64,000 nt of DNA, taken from NCBI GenBank assembly GCA_041690395.1, contig JAWLHJ010000003.1, positions 224,001 to 288,000 on the forward strand, in the 5' to 3' direction. The translations under genes were made by a program, and so were the position numbers. Source of the stretch: Longimicrobiales bacterium. Lineage in GTDB: Bacteria > Gemmatimonadota > Gemmatimonadetes > Longimicrobiales > Gaopeijiaceae. Shown piece by piece: positions 14,663 through 23,850 of this stretch (position 1 is its first letter; every line of letters begins with the position of its first letter). Under the pieces are notes generated by a model, which worked only from the letters and a program-made list of their open reading frames with translations, ran no database searches and was not told the DNA's origin.

Positions 14663-15007
14663 TCAGACCGCCGGATCCTCCGCCAGCGCCTGGGCCACGG
14701 CCCGGGCGTAGCGGCTCCACGTGCTGGTCTCGTCGGCGAGCTGGCGCTCCCCGGCCTTCGTCAGCCGGTAGTACTTCGCCCGCCGGTTGTTCTCCGAGAG
14801 CCCCCACTCGGCTTCGACCCACCCCTTGGCTTCGAGCCGGTGGAGCGCGGGGTACAGCGTTCCTTCTTCGACGAGAAGGCTGCCGTCGGTGGCCTGACGG
14901 AGCCATTCCGTCACGGCGTACCCGTGGCGCTCGCCTCCGCTCAGCGCCTTGAGAATGAGAAGATCCACGGTTCCGCGGATGAGGTTCAGGTTCTGGTCCG
15001 TCATCAT
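14663..15007 (-). CDS. PadR family transcriptional regulator (ADOP-associated type)
   Basis: GTVDLLILKAL, HGYAV, EGTLYPALHRLE and SENNRRAKYY; directly upstream of the permease. Confidence 0.92.
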   Translation of the reverse strand: MMTDQNLNLIRGTVDLLILKALSGGERHGYAVTEWLRQATDGSLLVEEGTLYPALHRLEAKGWVEAEWGLSENNRRAKYYRLTKAGERQLADETSTWSRYARAVAQALAEDPAV

Positions 15008-15043
15008 GCTCCCCTTGGGTTTCGATGGAAGATGGGCACCCAC

Positions 15044-15062
15044 CCCCTTGGAACACAAGGGG
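15044..15062. promoter_or_regulatory. palindromic operator CCCCTTG-N5-CAAGGGG, probably bound by PadR
   Basis: Perfect 7-bp inverted repeat 37 nt upstream of padR; a degenerate copy at 15011-15029 overlaps the RBS. Confidence 0.6.
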
Positions 15063-15176
15063 AGCCTCGCGGGATGCGGAGGACAACGTGCGATCGTACC
15101 TTGCACGCCGTTTCCAGATGCCGTCGTACGCAGCCTCCGCGTCCAGTCACCCTCACCCTCCGAGAGTCCACCTCAC

Positions 15177-15671
15177 ATGAAGCAGCGTATCCATACCAGC
15201 ATGCTCGCTCCCGTCCTTCTCGCCGCGGCCCTGTTGGTCGCGCCGCCCTCGTCAGCGCACGCCCAGCTTACCAGCGCCCCCGTCATCACCCTCGACGCGG
15301 CGCGCGGCATGATGGCCGCGGCGGAAGCGGAGGCTACACGGAACGCGTGGCCCGTTGCCATCGCCATCGTGGACGTGGCGGGAGAGCTGATCCTTTTCCA
15401 GAAGCTGGACGGCACCCAGGCCGCGAGCATCGATATCGCCATCGGCAAGGCCAGCACGGCAGCGCGCCTGCGGCGGCCGACGAAAGCGCTCGAGGACGCC
15501 ATCGCTTCGGGGCGGATGGCCCTCGCGGCGGTGGACGGGATCCTTCCTCTCGAGGGCGGCGTGCCCATCGTGGTGGATGGGGAGGTCATCGGCGCGGTCG
15601 GCGTGAGCGGCGTGACGTCCCAGCAGGATGCCCAGGTGGCGGAAGCGGGCGTGGCGGCGCTGCGGCGTTGA
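15177..15671 (+). CDS. GlcG/HbpS family heme-binding protein, secreted
   Basis: Signal peptide, VAIAIVDVAG, IAIGKASTA and GGVPIV..IGAVGVSG..QD. Confidence 0.88.
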   Translation: MKQRIHTSMLAPVLLAAALLVAPPSSAHAQLTSAPVITLDAARGMMAAAEAEATRNAWPVAIAIVDVAGELILFQKLDGTQAASIDIAIGKASTAARLRRPTKALEDAIASGRMALAAVDGILPLEGGVPIVVDGEVIGAVGVSGVTSQQDAQVAEAGVAALRR

Positions 15672-15792
15672 CGGCAGCCAGGCCCCGCCGCGACACCTGA
15701 CACAAACCGGTAGCTTCAAGCGTACGAGAAGCGGTAGACGGGCGCCTATCGGGCGCCCCCCGAAGCCACATCGAACGCGAGTGAGCGCGCAC

Positions 15793-16515
15793 ATGCGCAC
15801 CTTTCATATCCTGATCTCGATCCTGATCTCGGCCGCAGCAGCGGCGGGTCCGTTGGTGTCCCCGGTCGCGGCCCAGTCCGACGGGCCGGTCCAGGGCTTC
15901 GTCGGGGGCGACATCCTCGTCGCCACGCCCGTCGGCGAGTTCGCCGAGAACGTGGGCACGGGCTTCGGCCTCGGGCTCCACGGGCGGTTGAGCGGAAGCG
16001 AGACGAGCCTCGTGAGTCTCCGACTGGACCTGGGCTTCCTGAACTACGGCAACGAGACGATCCGCATCTGTGTCACGCTGCCATGCCGGGTCACCGGCGA
16101 CCTCACGACCTCGAACAACATCTTCTTCGGAGGCCTGGGACCGGAGCTCGGCCTCGTCGGGGGGCCGTTCAGGGTATACGGCAACATCAGCGGCGGGTTC
16201 GCCTATTTCGCCACCACGTCGTCCGTGGAGGGGGCCAACAACCAGGGCGATCCCTTCGCGGAGTCCACGAACTTCGACGACGCCACGTTCGCGTGGATGA
16301 GCGGCGGTGGGATCCAGCTACGGACGATGGCCGGCCGGCATCCGCTGCTCGTGGACGTCGGAGCCCGATACCACGGGAACGGAGAAGCCGAGTACCTGCG
16401 GAAGGGGGACATCCAGGACGAGCCGGACGGGTCGGTCACCATCAACCCGCAGCGGAGCGAGACGAACCTCTGGACCTTCCGGATCGGCGTCTCGGTCGGG
16501 ATCCGGGGCTCGTGA
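15793..16515 (+). CDS. outer-membrane beta-barrel protein
   Basis: Signal peptide and amphipathic beta strands ending FRIGVSVG. Confidence 0.7.
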   Translation: MRTFHILISILISAAAAAGPLVSPVAAQSDGPVQGFVGGDILVATPVGEFAENVGTGFGLGLHGRLSGSETSLVSLRLDLGFLNYGNETIRICVTLPCRVTGDLTTSNNIFFGGLGPELGLVGGPFRVYGNISGGFAYFATTSSVEGANNQGDPFAESTNFDDATFAWMSGGGIQLRTMAGRHPLLVDVGARYHGNGEAEYLRKGDIQDEPDGSVTINPQRSETNLWTFRIGVSVGIRGS

Positions 16516-16546
16516 CCCGGCCCCCGCCCGCGCGGGGCTGAGCTAT

Positions 16547-16585
16547 AAAAAAAAGGGGGGCGGCGCGCGGCGCCGCCCCCCTTTT
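16547..16585. terminator. bidirectional intrinsic terminator
   Basis: A8-GGGGGGCGGCG-loop-CGCCGCCCCCC-TTTT between convergent genes. Confidence 0.85.
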
Positions 16586-16602
16586 CCTTCCAACTCACCC
16601 GA

Positions 16603-17118
16603 TCACTGGACCTTCTGCGGTTCCATCAGGGCCACCAATCGGCGCCCCTCGATCGTGTTCGAGCGCTGCTCGAGGCGTCCGATGTCGGACAGGTTTTCGA
16701 GCATACGGTCGAGCGTCTTGGCGCCGACCTCCGCCTGACGGAGCTCACGCCCCCTGAATCGGAGCACCACGCGGACGGCGTTCCCTTCCTCCAGGAACTT
16801 GCGAGCGCGCTTCTCCTTGACCTCGAAGTCGTGGTCGTCGGTGCGCGGCCGGAGCTGGATCTCCTTCAGCTCGACGGTGTGCTGGTTCTTACGCGCTTCG
16901 CGCGCGGCCTTCTGCCGCTCGTAACGCTCCTTTCCCCAGTCCATGAGACGGACCACGGGAGGACGCGCTTCGGCGGCGACTTCGACCAGGTCGAGGCTGG
17001 CCTCGGCGGCCCGCTCCTTGGCGGTGTCCAGCGAGACGACACCGACCTGCTCGCCCTCCGCGTCGATGAGACGCACGGGGCTGATCCGGATGTTGTCGTT
17101 GACTCTTGGGTTGTCGAT
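16603..17118 (-). CDS. infC: translation initiation factor IF-3, ATC start codon
   Basis: IF-3 motifs RVNDNIR, VRLIDAEG, LDLVEVA, PPVVRLMD, LKEIQLRP, HDFEVK and RFRGRE; the frame extends to an ATC preceded by SD GAGGAG. Confidence 0.92.
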   Translation of the reverse strand: MDNPRVNDNIRISPVRLIDAEGEQVGVVSLDTAKERAAEASLDLVEVAAEARPPVVRLMDWGKERYERQKAAREARKNQHTVELKEIQLRPRTDDHDFEVKEKRARKFLEEGNAVRVVLRFRGRELRQAEVGAKTLDRMLENLSDIGRLEQRSNTIEGRRLVALMEPQKVQ

Positions 17119-17231
17119 GAGGCTCTCCTCGTGGGGTTGAACAGTCGCGGCTCCAGAGTGGAAGCCGACTTTTCAACATACGCCCTGACGTGCGTCGAGG
17201 TCCAATTCAGCGGATCGGACGCGGACGTGGA

Positions 17232-17855
17232 TCAGAACGGAATCGATCGGATGAGGAGGCCCGTGGTGGATACCCGCACCTGGAATCGCGCGGGCGCATC
17301 GACGTCGACATAGGTCGCCGATCCGTACTCGGTATCGACCAGGAACCGGAGCCACGCGTGACGGGCCACGAGCTCGAAGAGGTCGACCGCCTTGGCGGTC
17401 TTGAGCGAGTGCACGGTCCGCGGAAGGCCGCGCTCGTTCTCGATGTCCACGTACCGTCCGGTGAGGCGATCGAGCTCGTACTGCGTGCTGTAGCCCAGGA
17501 CGTTCGCGAAGTACTGCCACTTGAGGATGTGCGCGTCGACGAGGAGCTGGTCCCCGAGCACGTGGAGCGTGGTGTCGCGCCCGTCCGGGAACTCGAGGAA
17601 GGCCTGGAACGTCCGAGCGCCGGTCGGGACCGTCGTCACCGTCAGCGCCAGCTCCTCCTGGGTCAGCGCGCGATATCCGTGCGTGGATACGCCCAGTGTG
17701 CCCGCGAGAGCTCCGAGCGCGAGGAACAGGGCTCCCCCACCGGTCCGGGCCGCACCGCCCGCCCAACGACCGCCCCGGACCGCCCGCACGGCGAGCCCCA
17801 CCATGACCACGCCCAGCAGGCCGAAGCCCAGCGCGATTCCGGTCAGGATGTCCAT
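17232..17855 (-). CDS. hypothetical membrane protein
   Basis: Two N-terminal TM helices plus a soluble domain; ATG start with typical codon usage. Confidence 0.65.
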   Translation of the reverse strand: MDILTGIALGFGLLGVVMVGLAVRAVRGGRWAGGAARTGGGALFLALGALAGTLGVSTHGYRALTQEELALTVTTVPTGARTFQAFLEFPDGRDTTLHVLGDQLLVDAHILKWQYFANVLGYSTQYELDRLTGRYVDIENERGLPRTVHSLKTAKAVDLFELVARHAWLRFLVDTEYGSATYVDVDAPARFQVRVSTTGLLIRSIPF

Positions 17856-18017
17856 GCGCTCTCATGCTTCTCGGTCTCGATCATGCTCAAAGCTGCGTGA
17901 CGACCCCACCGAGGGGCAACAATCTTCGCTCCGGACCGGTTGTGCGAGCGCACGGGTATCGGACGTCATAGTGTGGTGCAGGCACACCCTTTTCCCGCCC
18001 CCGAACCCGGAGCCCCG

Positions 18018-19796
18018 ATGCGAGCCCACGCCGGACGTGCACGCGCCGGTGCGAAGGCGGCCGCTGCCGCCGTTCTCGGCCTCCTCGCCTCTTCGCCCCC
18101 CACGCTCGCCCAGGACACGCCCGACGCGGCGGCCGTCGTCGAGGCGATGCGCGAGCGCCAGGAAGAGTTCGAGCGGTTCCGCGAGAGCCGCATTCCCGTG
18201 GAGGTCGACCGCCGGCCGGCCGCGTGCGACGAGCAGATCGGTCGCATCTGCATCTGGTTCGGCGGCGACGACGAGGCGGACTTCCCCGGCGAACTCCGGG
18301 AGGTCGGCCAGGCGCGCGTCGAGCTCATCCGTGAGCTCTCGGGCGCGTTCGCGCAGGTGCCCGATCGATGGCTGCTCGGCCAGTGGGTGCACTACCTGGT
18401 GGAGAGCCGGAACATGGGCGAGGCGGAGCGAGTGGCCGAAGAGTGCGGCATCGCGGACGCCTGGTGGTGCGACGCGCTGCTCGGGTACGTCTATCACGTC
18501 TGGACCCGCTACGTCGACGCCGAGCGGTCGTTCCGCGACGCGTTGGCCTCGATGCCCGACTCGGTCCATCACGAATGGACCACCCCGCGCTACGTCTTCA
18601 CCGAAGACGCGGTGGCCACCTTCAACGACGCCCCGCCCGCGGAGCGCAACCTGCGTTGGGAGACGCTCTGGCGCCTGTCCGACCCGCTCTTCGTGTTCGA
18701 GGGCAACGACCGTCTCACCGACCACTACGCCCGGCTCGTGCTCGCCGAGAATCGCCGGGACGCCGCACATCCGCAGAACATCGAGTGGGAAGAGGATCTC
18801 GAGGAGTCGCTCGTCCGCTACGGCATCAACATGGGCTACAGCCGGACCCACGATCCGGCGCGTGCGTTCGGCACCCTGCAGGATACCCGCCGCGTCGTGG
18901 GCCATCATCATCCCATGAGCCGCGGATACCTCTTCCCCGAGCAGTACCTCGAGTCCCCGTCGGATATCCCCCCGGAAACCTGGATCACGGCGCCGCGCGA
19001 GGCCCGCACCTGGTACGCCCCGCCGTACGCACCGGACATCCGTGGCCTGGAGACGCAGGTGGGTCGTTTCCGCAGGGATGACCGCATGCTCGTCGTCGGA
19101 GCCTACCGCCCGACGATCGCCGTCGACGAGGACGACGTGGTGTCGGCGTGGGGTCCCCAGGGCAACGCCGACGGTCCGGCCGGCGCCGCGCTCTTCCTGG
19201 TGCCCACGGACGGAGGCGCGTGGACGTACGTACAGGGAGACCAGCCCGAGGGCGTGCTCGCGATGGAGGCACCGCCAGGGCGGTACGTGAGCAGCCTGGA
19301 GGTCGTGGACCTCGACGGGGGCCGTGCCTGGCGAGCCCGGCAGGGCGTGGTGCAGTCCGAGCTCGCGCCCGGGCTGGTGGCCGTGTCGGACCTCATGATC
19401 CTGCGGGAAGGCGCGAGGCTCCCGGAGTCGCTGGAGCAGGCGATCCCGGACGTGCGTCCCGGCGTGCGCATCCGTGTCGGTGAGCGATTCCCGGTGGTTT
19501 GGGAGGTGTACGGGCTCGGCGTGAGGGAGCCGGTCACGGTGACCATCGGGTTCAGCCGCGGGCGGCCGGGATTCCTGGAGCGCGTGGGCGCGTTCCTGGG
19601 CGTGATCGAGCCCGAGCGACCGGTGGAGGTCACCTTCGACGAGAGCGGTCCCGAGGACCTCGTCCAGGCGGTCTTCCGCTCGATCGAGCTGGAGCTGCCC
19701 GACCTCGATCCCGGTGACTACACGCTGCACCTGCAGCTCGAGCTGCCCGGGCGTGACCCGGTGGTGGCGAGCCGCCCGATCGTGGTGGTGGAGTGA
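18018..19796 (+). CDS. secreted protein with a GWxTD-like region
   Basis: Signal peptide; LWRLSDP..NDRLTDHYAR..W..LVRYG resembles the GWxTD domain; Ig-like C-terminus (PGDYTLHL). Confidence 0.6.
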   Translation: MRAHAGRARAGAKAAAAAVLGLLASSPPTLAQDTPDAAAVVEAMRERQEEFERFRESRIPVEVDRRPAACDEQIGRICIWFGGDDEADFPGELREVGQARVELIRELSGAFAQVPDRWLLGQWVHYLVESRNMGEAERVAEECGIADAWWCDALLGYVYHVWTRYVDAERSFRDALASMPDSVHHEWTTPRYVFTEDAVATFNDAPPAERNLRWETLWRLSDPLFVFEGNDRLTDHYARLVLAENRRDAAHPQNIEWEEDLEESLVRYGINMGYSRTHDPARAFGTLQDTRRVVGHHHPMSRGYLFPEQYLESPSDIPPETWITAPREARTWYAPPYAPDIRGLETQVGRFRRDDRMLVVGAYRPTIAVDEDDVVSAWGPQGNADGPAGAALFLVPTDGGAWTYVQGDQPEGVLAMEAPPGRYVSSLEVVDLDGGRAWRARQGVVQSELAPGLVAVSDLMILREGARLPESLEQAIPDVRPGVRIRVGERFPVVWEVYGLGVREPVTVTIGFSRGRPGFLERVGAFLGVIEPERPVEVTFDESGPEDLVQAVFRSIELELPDLDPGDYTLHLQLELPGRDPVVASRPIVVVE

Positions 19797-19913
19797 GCGC
19801 GCGCGGTACGTAGCGGCACGTGAGTGCGTACGAAGTGGATCGTATGGGACGCGTCGAGCGCGTGGGACACATTGGAGGCGTGATCGAGAACCCTCGTCGT
19901 TCCGGGAGGCCCC

Positions 19914-20309
19914 ATGCCATCGCTTCCATCGCGTGTCGTCGCCGTGTCGCTCTTGTTGCTCACCGTTCCGGCGTCCGGGTGCAGGGCCTGGCGAGCCTCT
20001 GACGCCCCGCCGCGCCTTCTGATCGAAGAGGGTCGGCCTGCCACGCTCCGCGTCACGCAGTCGAACGGAGACCACGTCTACCTGAGGGCGCCCGCGATGT
20101 CCGGCGATACCGTGGTGGGCGACCGGCTGAAGCGCGGTCCGGCTCCCGTCCCCATCGCGATCCCGATGGAGCGGGTGAGTGAGCTGGCCACTTCGGAGTT
20201 CAGTGGAGGGCGCACCGTACTCGCGATCCTGGTGCCCGTGGCCGGGATCCTCGCGATCATCGGTTCCCAGCTGGAGTTCAGCGGGGGTTGGGGCTCCGGC
20301 TCGTACTGA
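19914..20309 (+). CDS. hypothetical lipoprotein
   Basis: Lipobox-like ASGC and a C-terminal hydrophobic helix. Confidence 0.6.
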   Translation: MPSLPSRVVAVSLLLLTVPASGCRAWRASDAPPRLLIEEGRPATLRVTQSNGDHVYLRAPAMSGDTVVGDRLKRGPAPVPIAIPMERVSELATSEFSGGRTVLAILVPVAGILAIIGSQLEFSGGWGSGSY

Positions 20310-20321
20310 GCTTGAGCCCGC

Positions 20322-20984
20322 TCACTTCGGAATCGAGCTATCCGAGATCCAGCGGTGACCGAAGAACGACGACGCCGCACACGCTGTGAAGTGGAGCACG
20401 CCGGCGGCGACCACGCGCTGCGGCTCACGAACCCAGAGGCCGCTCGACGGCAGATCGGCGGCGGCCCGGGCGGCCACGTCGATGCCGAGCTCCGGCATCG
20501 GGACCAGGGTCGTGAACATCACGGCGAACAGGTAGGACATGGTGATCGCCGCCCAGCCCTTCCGCATGCGGAGCGCCTGTTCCTCCGAGGGCGCCCGGTC
20601 GAAGAGCACGCCGAGCGAGCGGTTGAGGGTCAGGCCCCAGAACGCGATGAGCGGCCACCAGGTGCCGAACGAGAGGGCGAAGCCTCCGACGAACAGCGTG
20701 TAGAACGCGCCGAATCCGAGGATGACCTTCACCCGCGCGGCCCGGCTCCCCTGCCCCAGCGTCGCCGCGCCCATGAAGCCGGTCGAATGCACCACGATGA
20801 ACTCCAGCAGCATCGTGAGCAGCGCCGCGCTCAAGGGGAGCGCGAGCGAGGCTTCGGGGGTCAGCCAGGTGAGGAGGAAGAGCGCGGCGAGGGTGAGGTC
20901 GCCGGAGGCGTCGAGGATGCGGGACAGGGGCCGCTCATGTGTGGGAGGGGCCGACGTCGCCGGAGCGGACGACCCTTCAAGCAC
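20322..20984 (-). CDS. polytopic membrane protein (about 6 TM)
   Basis: Hydrophobic helices; GTG start with SD GGAG overlaps the upstream stop (GTGCTTGA). Confidence 0.7.
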   Translation of the reverse strand: MLEGSSAPATSAPPTHERPLSRILDASGDLTLAALFLLTWLTPEASLALPLSAALLTMLLEFIVVHSTGFMGAATLGQGSRAARVKVILGFGAFYTLFVGGFALSFGTWWPLIAFWGLTLNRSLGVLFDRAPSEEQALRMRKGWAAITMSYLFAVMFTTLVPMPELGIDVAARAAADLPSSGLWVREPQRVVAAGVLHFTACAASSFFGHRWISDSSIPK

Positions 20985-23850
20985 CGGCTCCGTCCCCTTC
21001 CACACTCTGCACGAAGACGTCCAGTCCTCTCCCATGGCCCATGGCCCGGAGCTCCTGTTGGATGTCGCCGACCTTCGGGTCCGGCCTCAGCGAGAGGTCG
21101 TAGGCGAACGCGCACAGGTGGCCCACCTTCCGGGACTTTCGCTGCGTCATTCCCTGGACGTAGGTGTCGCGGTCCTCGTCGATATTGGGACTCTCATATC
21201 CGGTCCGGTCGAGGGCGTCTTCCAGCAATACATCGGCCAGAAGCAGCGTGACCCGGTCCTGGCTCAGAGCGCGGTACCGGGGAAGCCCGATGAAACGACG
21301 CGTGGTCCCCCGGGGCTGGAACGTAAACTCCCGGGGTGCATCCAGGAGCGTGACCGTCACGTCGCCGCGGGTCAGAGGCTCCACCAGCTCCGGGCCGTCA
21401 CACTCCGGGGCCGACGCCAGGATCCGCACACCCTCGGAGAGCAGATGCTGGGCCGTCACGTCGTCGAGGGACGGTCTCACCCCGGGGTTCAACGAAAGCT
21501 CCCTCACCGGGTCCGCGGGCGGCACGGCGCTGTCCGGCGCGGCTTCTTCGTCATAGTCGTCCCATCCCTGCCAATAGAAGTGCTCGGAACGTGGACGCAG
21601 CGCTCGGAGGTAGGCCTGCTCGTCCACCGTCACACGCCCGTCCCCACCGACGACGAACGTCGCCTCGAACAACGATCCTCGGTGAGCCACGAGGGCCTGG
21701 ATACGGGCCAGGTTGGCCTCCGGGTCCCAGCTCAAGGATGGCGGAGCGGGCTCGGAGTCGGTCCACGTCCCTCCCTCCCCGTACGGTCCGGCCGGCAGAT
21801 CGAGCTCCGGTCCGTGGACGAGGCACGTGGTTCCGTCCTCGTGGCAGATGCTGGCCAGATAGAAGCGGAGATAGGGAAGCGCGGTCGCCTGGTCGACCAC
21901 GACGGAGGCCGCCCGGTTGACACGCTCCACGGCCTCGGGCGTGCCATCGAGGAGGATGAAGGACGTGCCGTCGGTGGCGTAGTCGAAGCGGGGGCTCGGC
22001 ATCGCGTCGTAGTCCTGCAGGCGGAGCCCGACCCAGCCCGGATAGAACGGCGTGGATTCGACCGAAAAGGCGGTGTACCGAGGGTTGAAGGGGATCACGC
22101 GGTCACCCACACGGGTCTGCCAATCCCGTGCGAGATCGGCGGCGCGAAGGATCTGCCCCGTCCGCTGATAGTGCTCGATGGCGAACGGGAGCCCGCGGAT
22201 GCCCAGCGGTGTCGAACGCCGGTCCTCCTCCAGGAAGACGAGGAGCAGGTTCTCCCGTTCCGAGTCGGAAAGGGCGGTATACCGCTCCCCTCCGAGCCAC
22301 GAGTCCGCGGTCCGTGCGAGGGAGGCCCTCAGCTCCGTGACGTCGAGGGAATGACGCCTGCAGAGCCGCTCCATGTATCCCAGGGCCAGGTCGCGAAAGA
22401 GCACGAACCGGAACTCCCGCTCGAGGCCGCGGCTGGACAGGATAGCGTGGGGCATCTCCGCCCGCTCCAGGCAACCGGCGTACTCGTCCGCCGGCCGCAG
22501 GGCCACCTGGGCTCCGAGCTCCCGTGCCAGGTCCGCCAGAAAGCGCACCCCCTGCAGACTCGCCAGAGCCAGCACTTCCCGGATGGCCGGGGAGAGCCGC
22601 CGATAGCGCCCCTCCTGGAGCCTCCGCAACTCGAAGCCGGCCATCTCCTCGTCCAACTCGGCGATCGCCATGGAGTCGAGCGGGCCCCGGGGGTCTCCGT
22701 CCTCGAAGAGGTCGGGCTCGGCCTCGAGGTAGAGGATGATCTCGGCGAGCAAGCGCGGGTTGCCGTCCGCCCGGGCCACGAGTGCGTCCAGCTGATCGGG
22801 CGTCAGGCCGGGAAACGCGGCGGTGAACACACGCTGGGCCTCGGGGAGGCCCTCGAGGTCGCGGATCCCACAGGCATCCCCGGTCGCGGCAGCGAGGGTG
22901 GCGTAGAGCGCCGGAAAGGATCGCGATTCCGCGGGTGCATCCTCCTCGACCCGCGGCGCCGTCGCGGTGAGCTGCTCGTGCCACTCCCGCTCCCAATGCG
23001 TGGCGACGATCATCAACGGTAAGCCCTCTTCCACGGCCTCCAGGAAGAGACGCTCCACGACCTCCGCGGACCGGGGGTCGATCCACTGGGCGTCGTCGAG
23101 GACGAGCACCACGGGCATGGCGCCGGAGCCGCTGCGATGGAAGGGCTTCAGCACCCACCGGAGGAAGGCGACGACCTGGTCCACCTGCTCGGCGAGCGCT
23201 TCGGCCTCCCGTTCGGCGGGCGGCTTCCGGAGGCGGGCGAACTCGGCGCTCGCATCCCGAGCCGCGGTACCGATCCCCAGGACGGCTCCACCCACACCGG
23301 TGGCGAGCTTCACCAGGCCCAACAACGGAAACGCCGCGATGGCCGTGTCCCGCGCCAACTCGAGGGCCGCGCTGCCTACCGCGCCTCCGAGCTTCACCGT
23401 GGCCGCGGCCGTGTCCTTGAAGAGCGTCAGCTGTTCCCAGTGGGGATGCAGCATCTGACGCTGGTCGAAGAACGCGCAGTGGGTCAGCTCTCCCTGGTTT
23501 CGGGCGTCCGGCGGCATCCACCGCAGGCCCCACCAGAGGTAGGCCATTTTCTCACCCAGAACCTGGGCCTCGAGGTCCGGGTTGAGCCTCAGGTTGTCCC
23601 CGGTCATGAGGTCGTCCGGCCAGTAGCCATGGGGATCGGCCACGTCGCTGCGGGACAGCCACGCGTAGAACGCCTGCACGATCCTCGTCTTGCCGAGGCC
23701 GCTCTCGCCCCGGACCACGCACAGCCGGGGCTCGCCGGCCACGACCCGCTCCCACGACTCCTGAAGCCACGTCAACTCCTCATCCCGACCCACGAACAGC
23801 GAGCGCCACGATGTGGAGCTCGCGTGGGTGGGCGTGGAATCAGGGCTCAT
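20977..23850 (-). CDS. STAND-like (AAA_16-type) P-loop NTPase with unassigned C-terminal domains
   Basis: FVGRDEEL, Walker A GESGLGKT, Walker B VLVLDDAQW, GNP motif, and a winged-helix-like VLALASLQGVRF region. Confidence 0.82.
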   Translation of the reverse strand: MSPDSTPTHASSTSWRSLFVGRDEELTWLQESWERVVAGEPRLCVVRGESGLGKTRIVQAFYAWLSRSDVADPHGYWPDDLMTGDNLRLNPDLEAQVLGEKMAYLWWGLRWMPPDARNQGELTHCAFFDQRQMLHPHWEQLTLFKDTAAATVKLGGAVGSAALELARDTAIAAFPLLGLVKLATGVGGAVLGIGTAARDASAEFARLRKPPAEREAEALAEQVDQVVAFLRWVLKPFHRSGSGAMPVVLVLDDAQWIDPRSAEVVERLFLEAVEEGLPLMIVATHWEREWHEQLTATAPRVEEDAPAESRSFPALYATLAAATGDACGIRDLEGLPEAQRVFTAAFPGLTPDQLDALVARADGNPRLLAEIILYLEAEPDLFEDGDPRGPLDSMAIAELDEEMAGFELRRLQEGRYRRLSPAIREVLALASLQGVRFLADLARELGAQVALRPADEYAGCLERAEMPHAILSSRGLEREFRFVLFRDLALGYMERLCRRHSLDVTELRASLARTADSWLGGERYTALSDSERENLLLVFLEEDRRSTPLGIRGLPFAIEHYQRTGQILRAADLARDWQTRVGDRVIPFNPRYTAFSVESTPFYPGWVGLRLQDYDAMPSPRFDYATDGTSFILLDGTPEAVERVNRAASVVVDQATALPYLRFYLASICHEDGTTCLVHGPELDLPAGPYGEGGTWTDSEPAPPSLSWDPEANLARIQALVAHRGSLFEATFVVGGDGRVTVDEQAYLRALRPRSEHFYWQGWDDYDEEAAPDSAVPPADPVRELSLNPGVRPSLDDVTAQHLLSEGVRILASAPECDGPELVEPLTRGDVTVTLLDAPREFTFQPRGTTRRFIGLPRYRALSQDRVTLLLADVLLEDALDRTGYESPNIDEDRDTYVQGMTQRKSRKVGHLCAFAYDLSLRPDPKVGDIQQELRAMGHGRGLDVFVQSVEGDGAGA

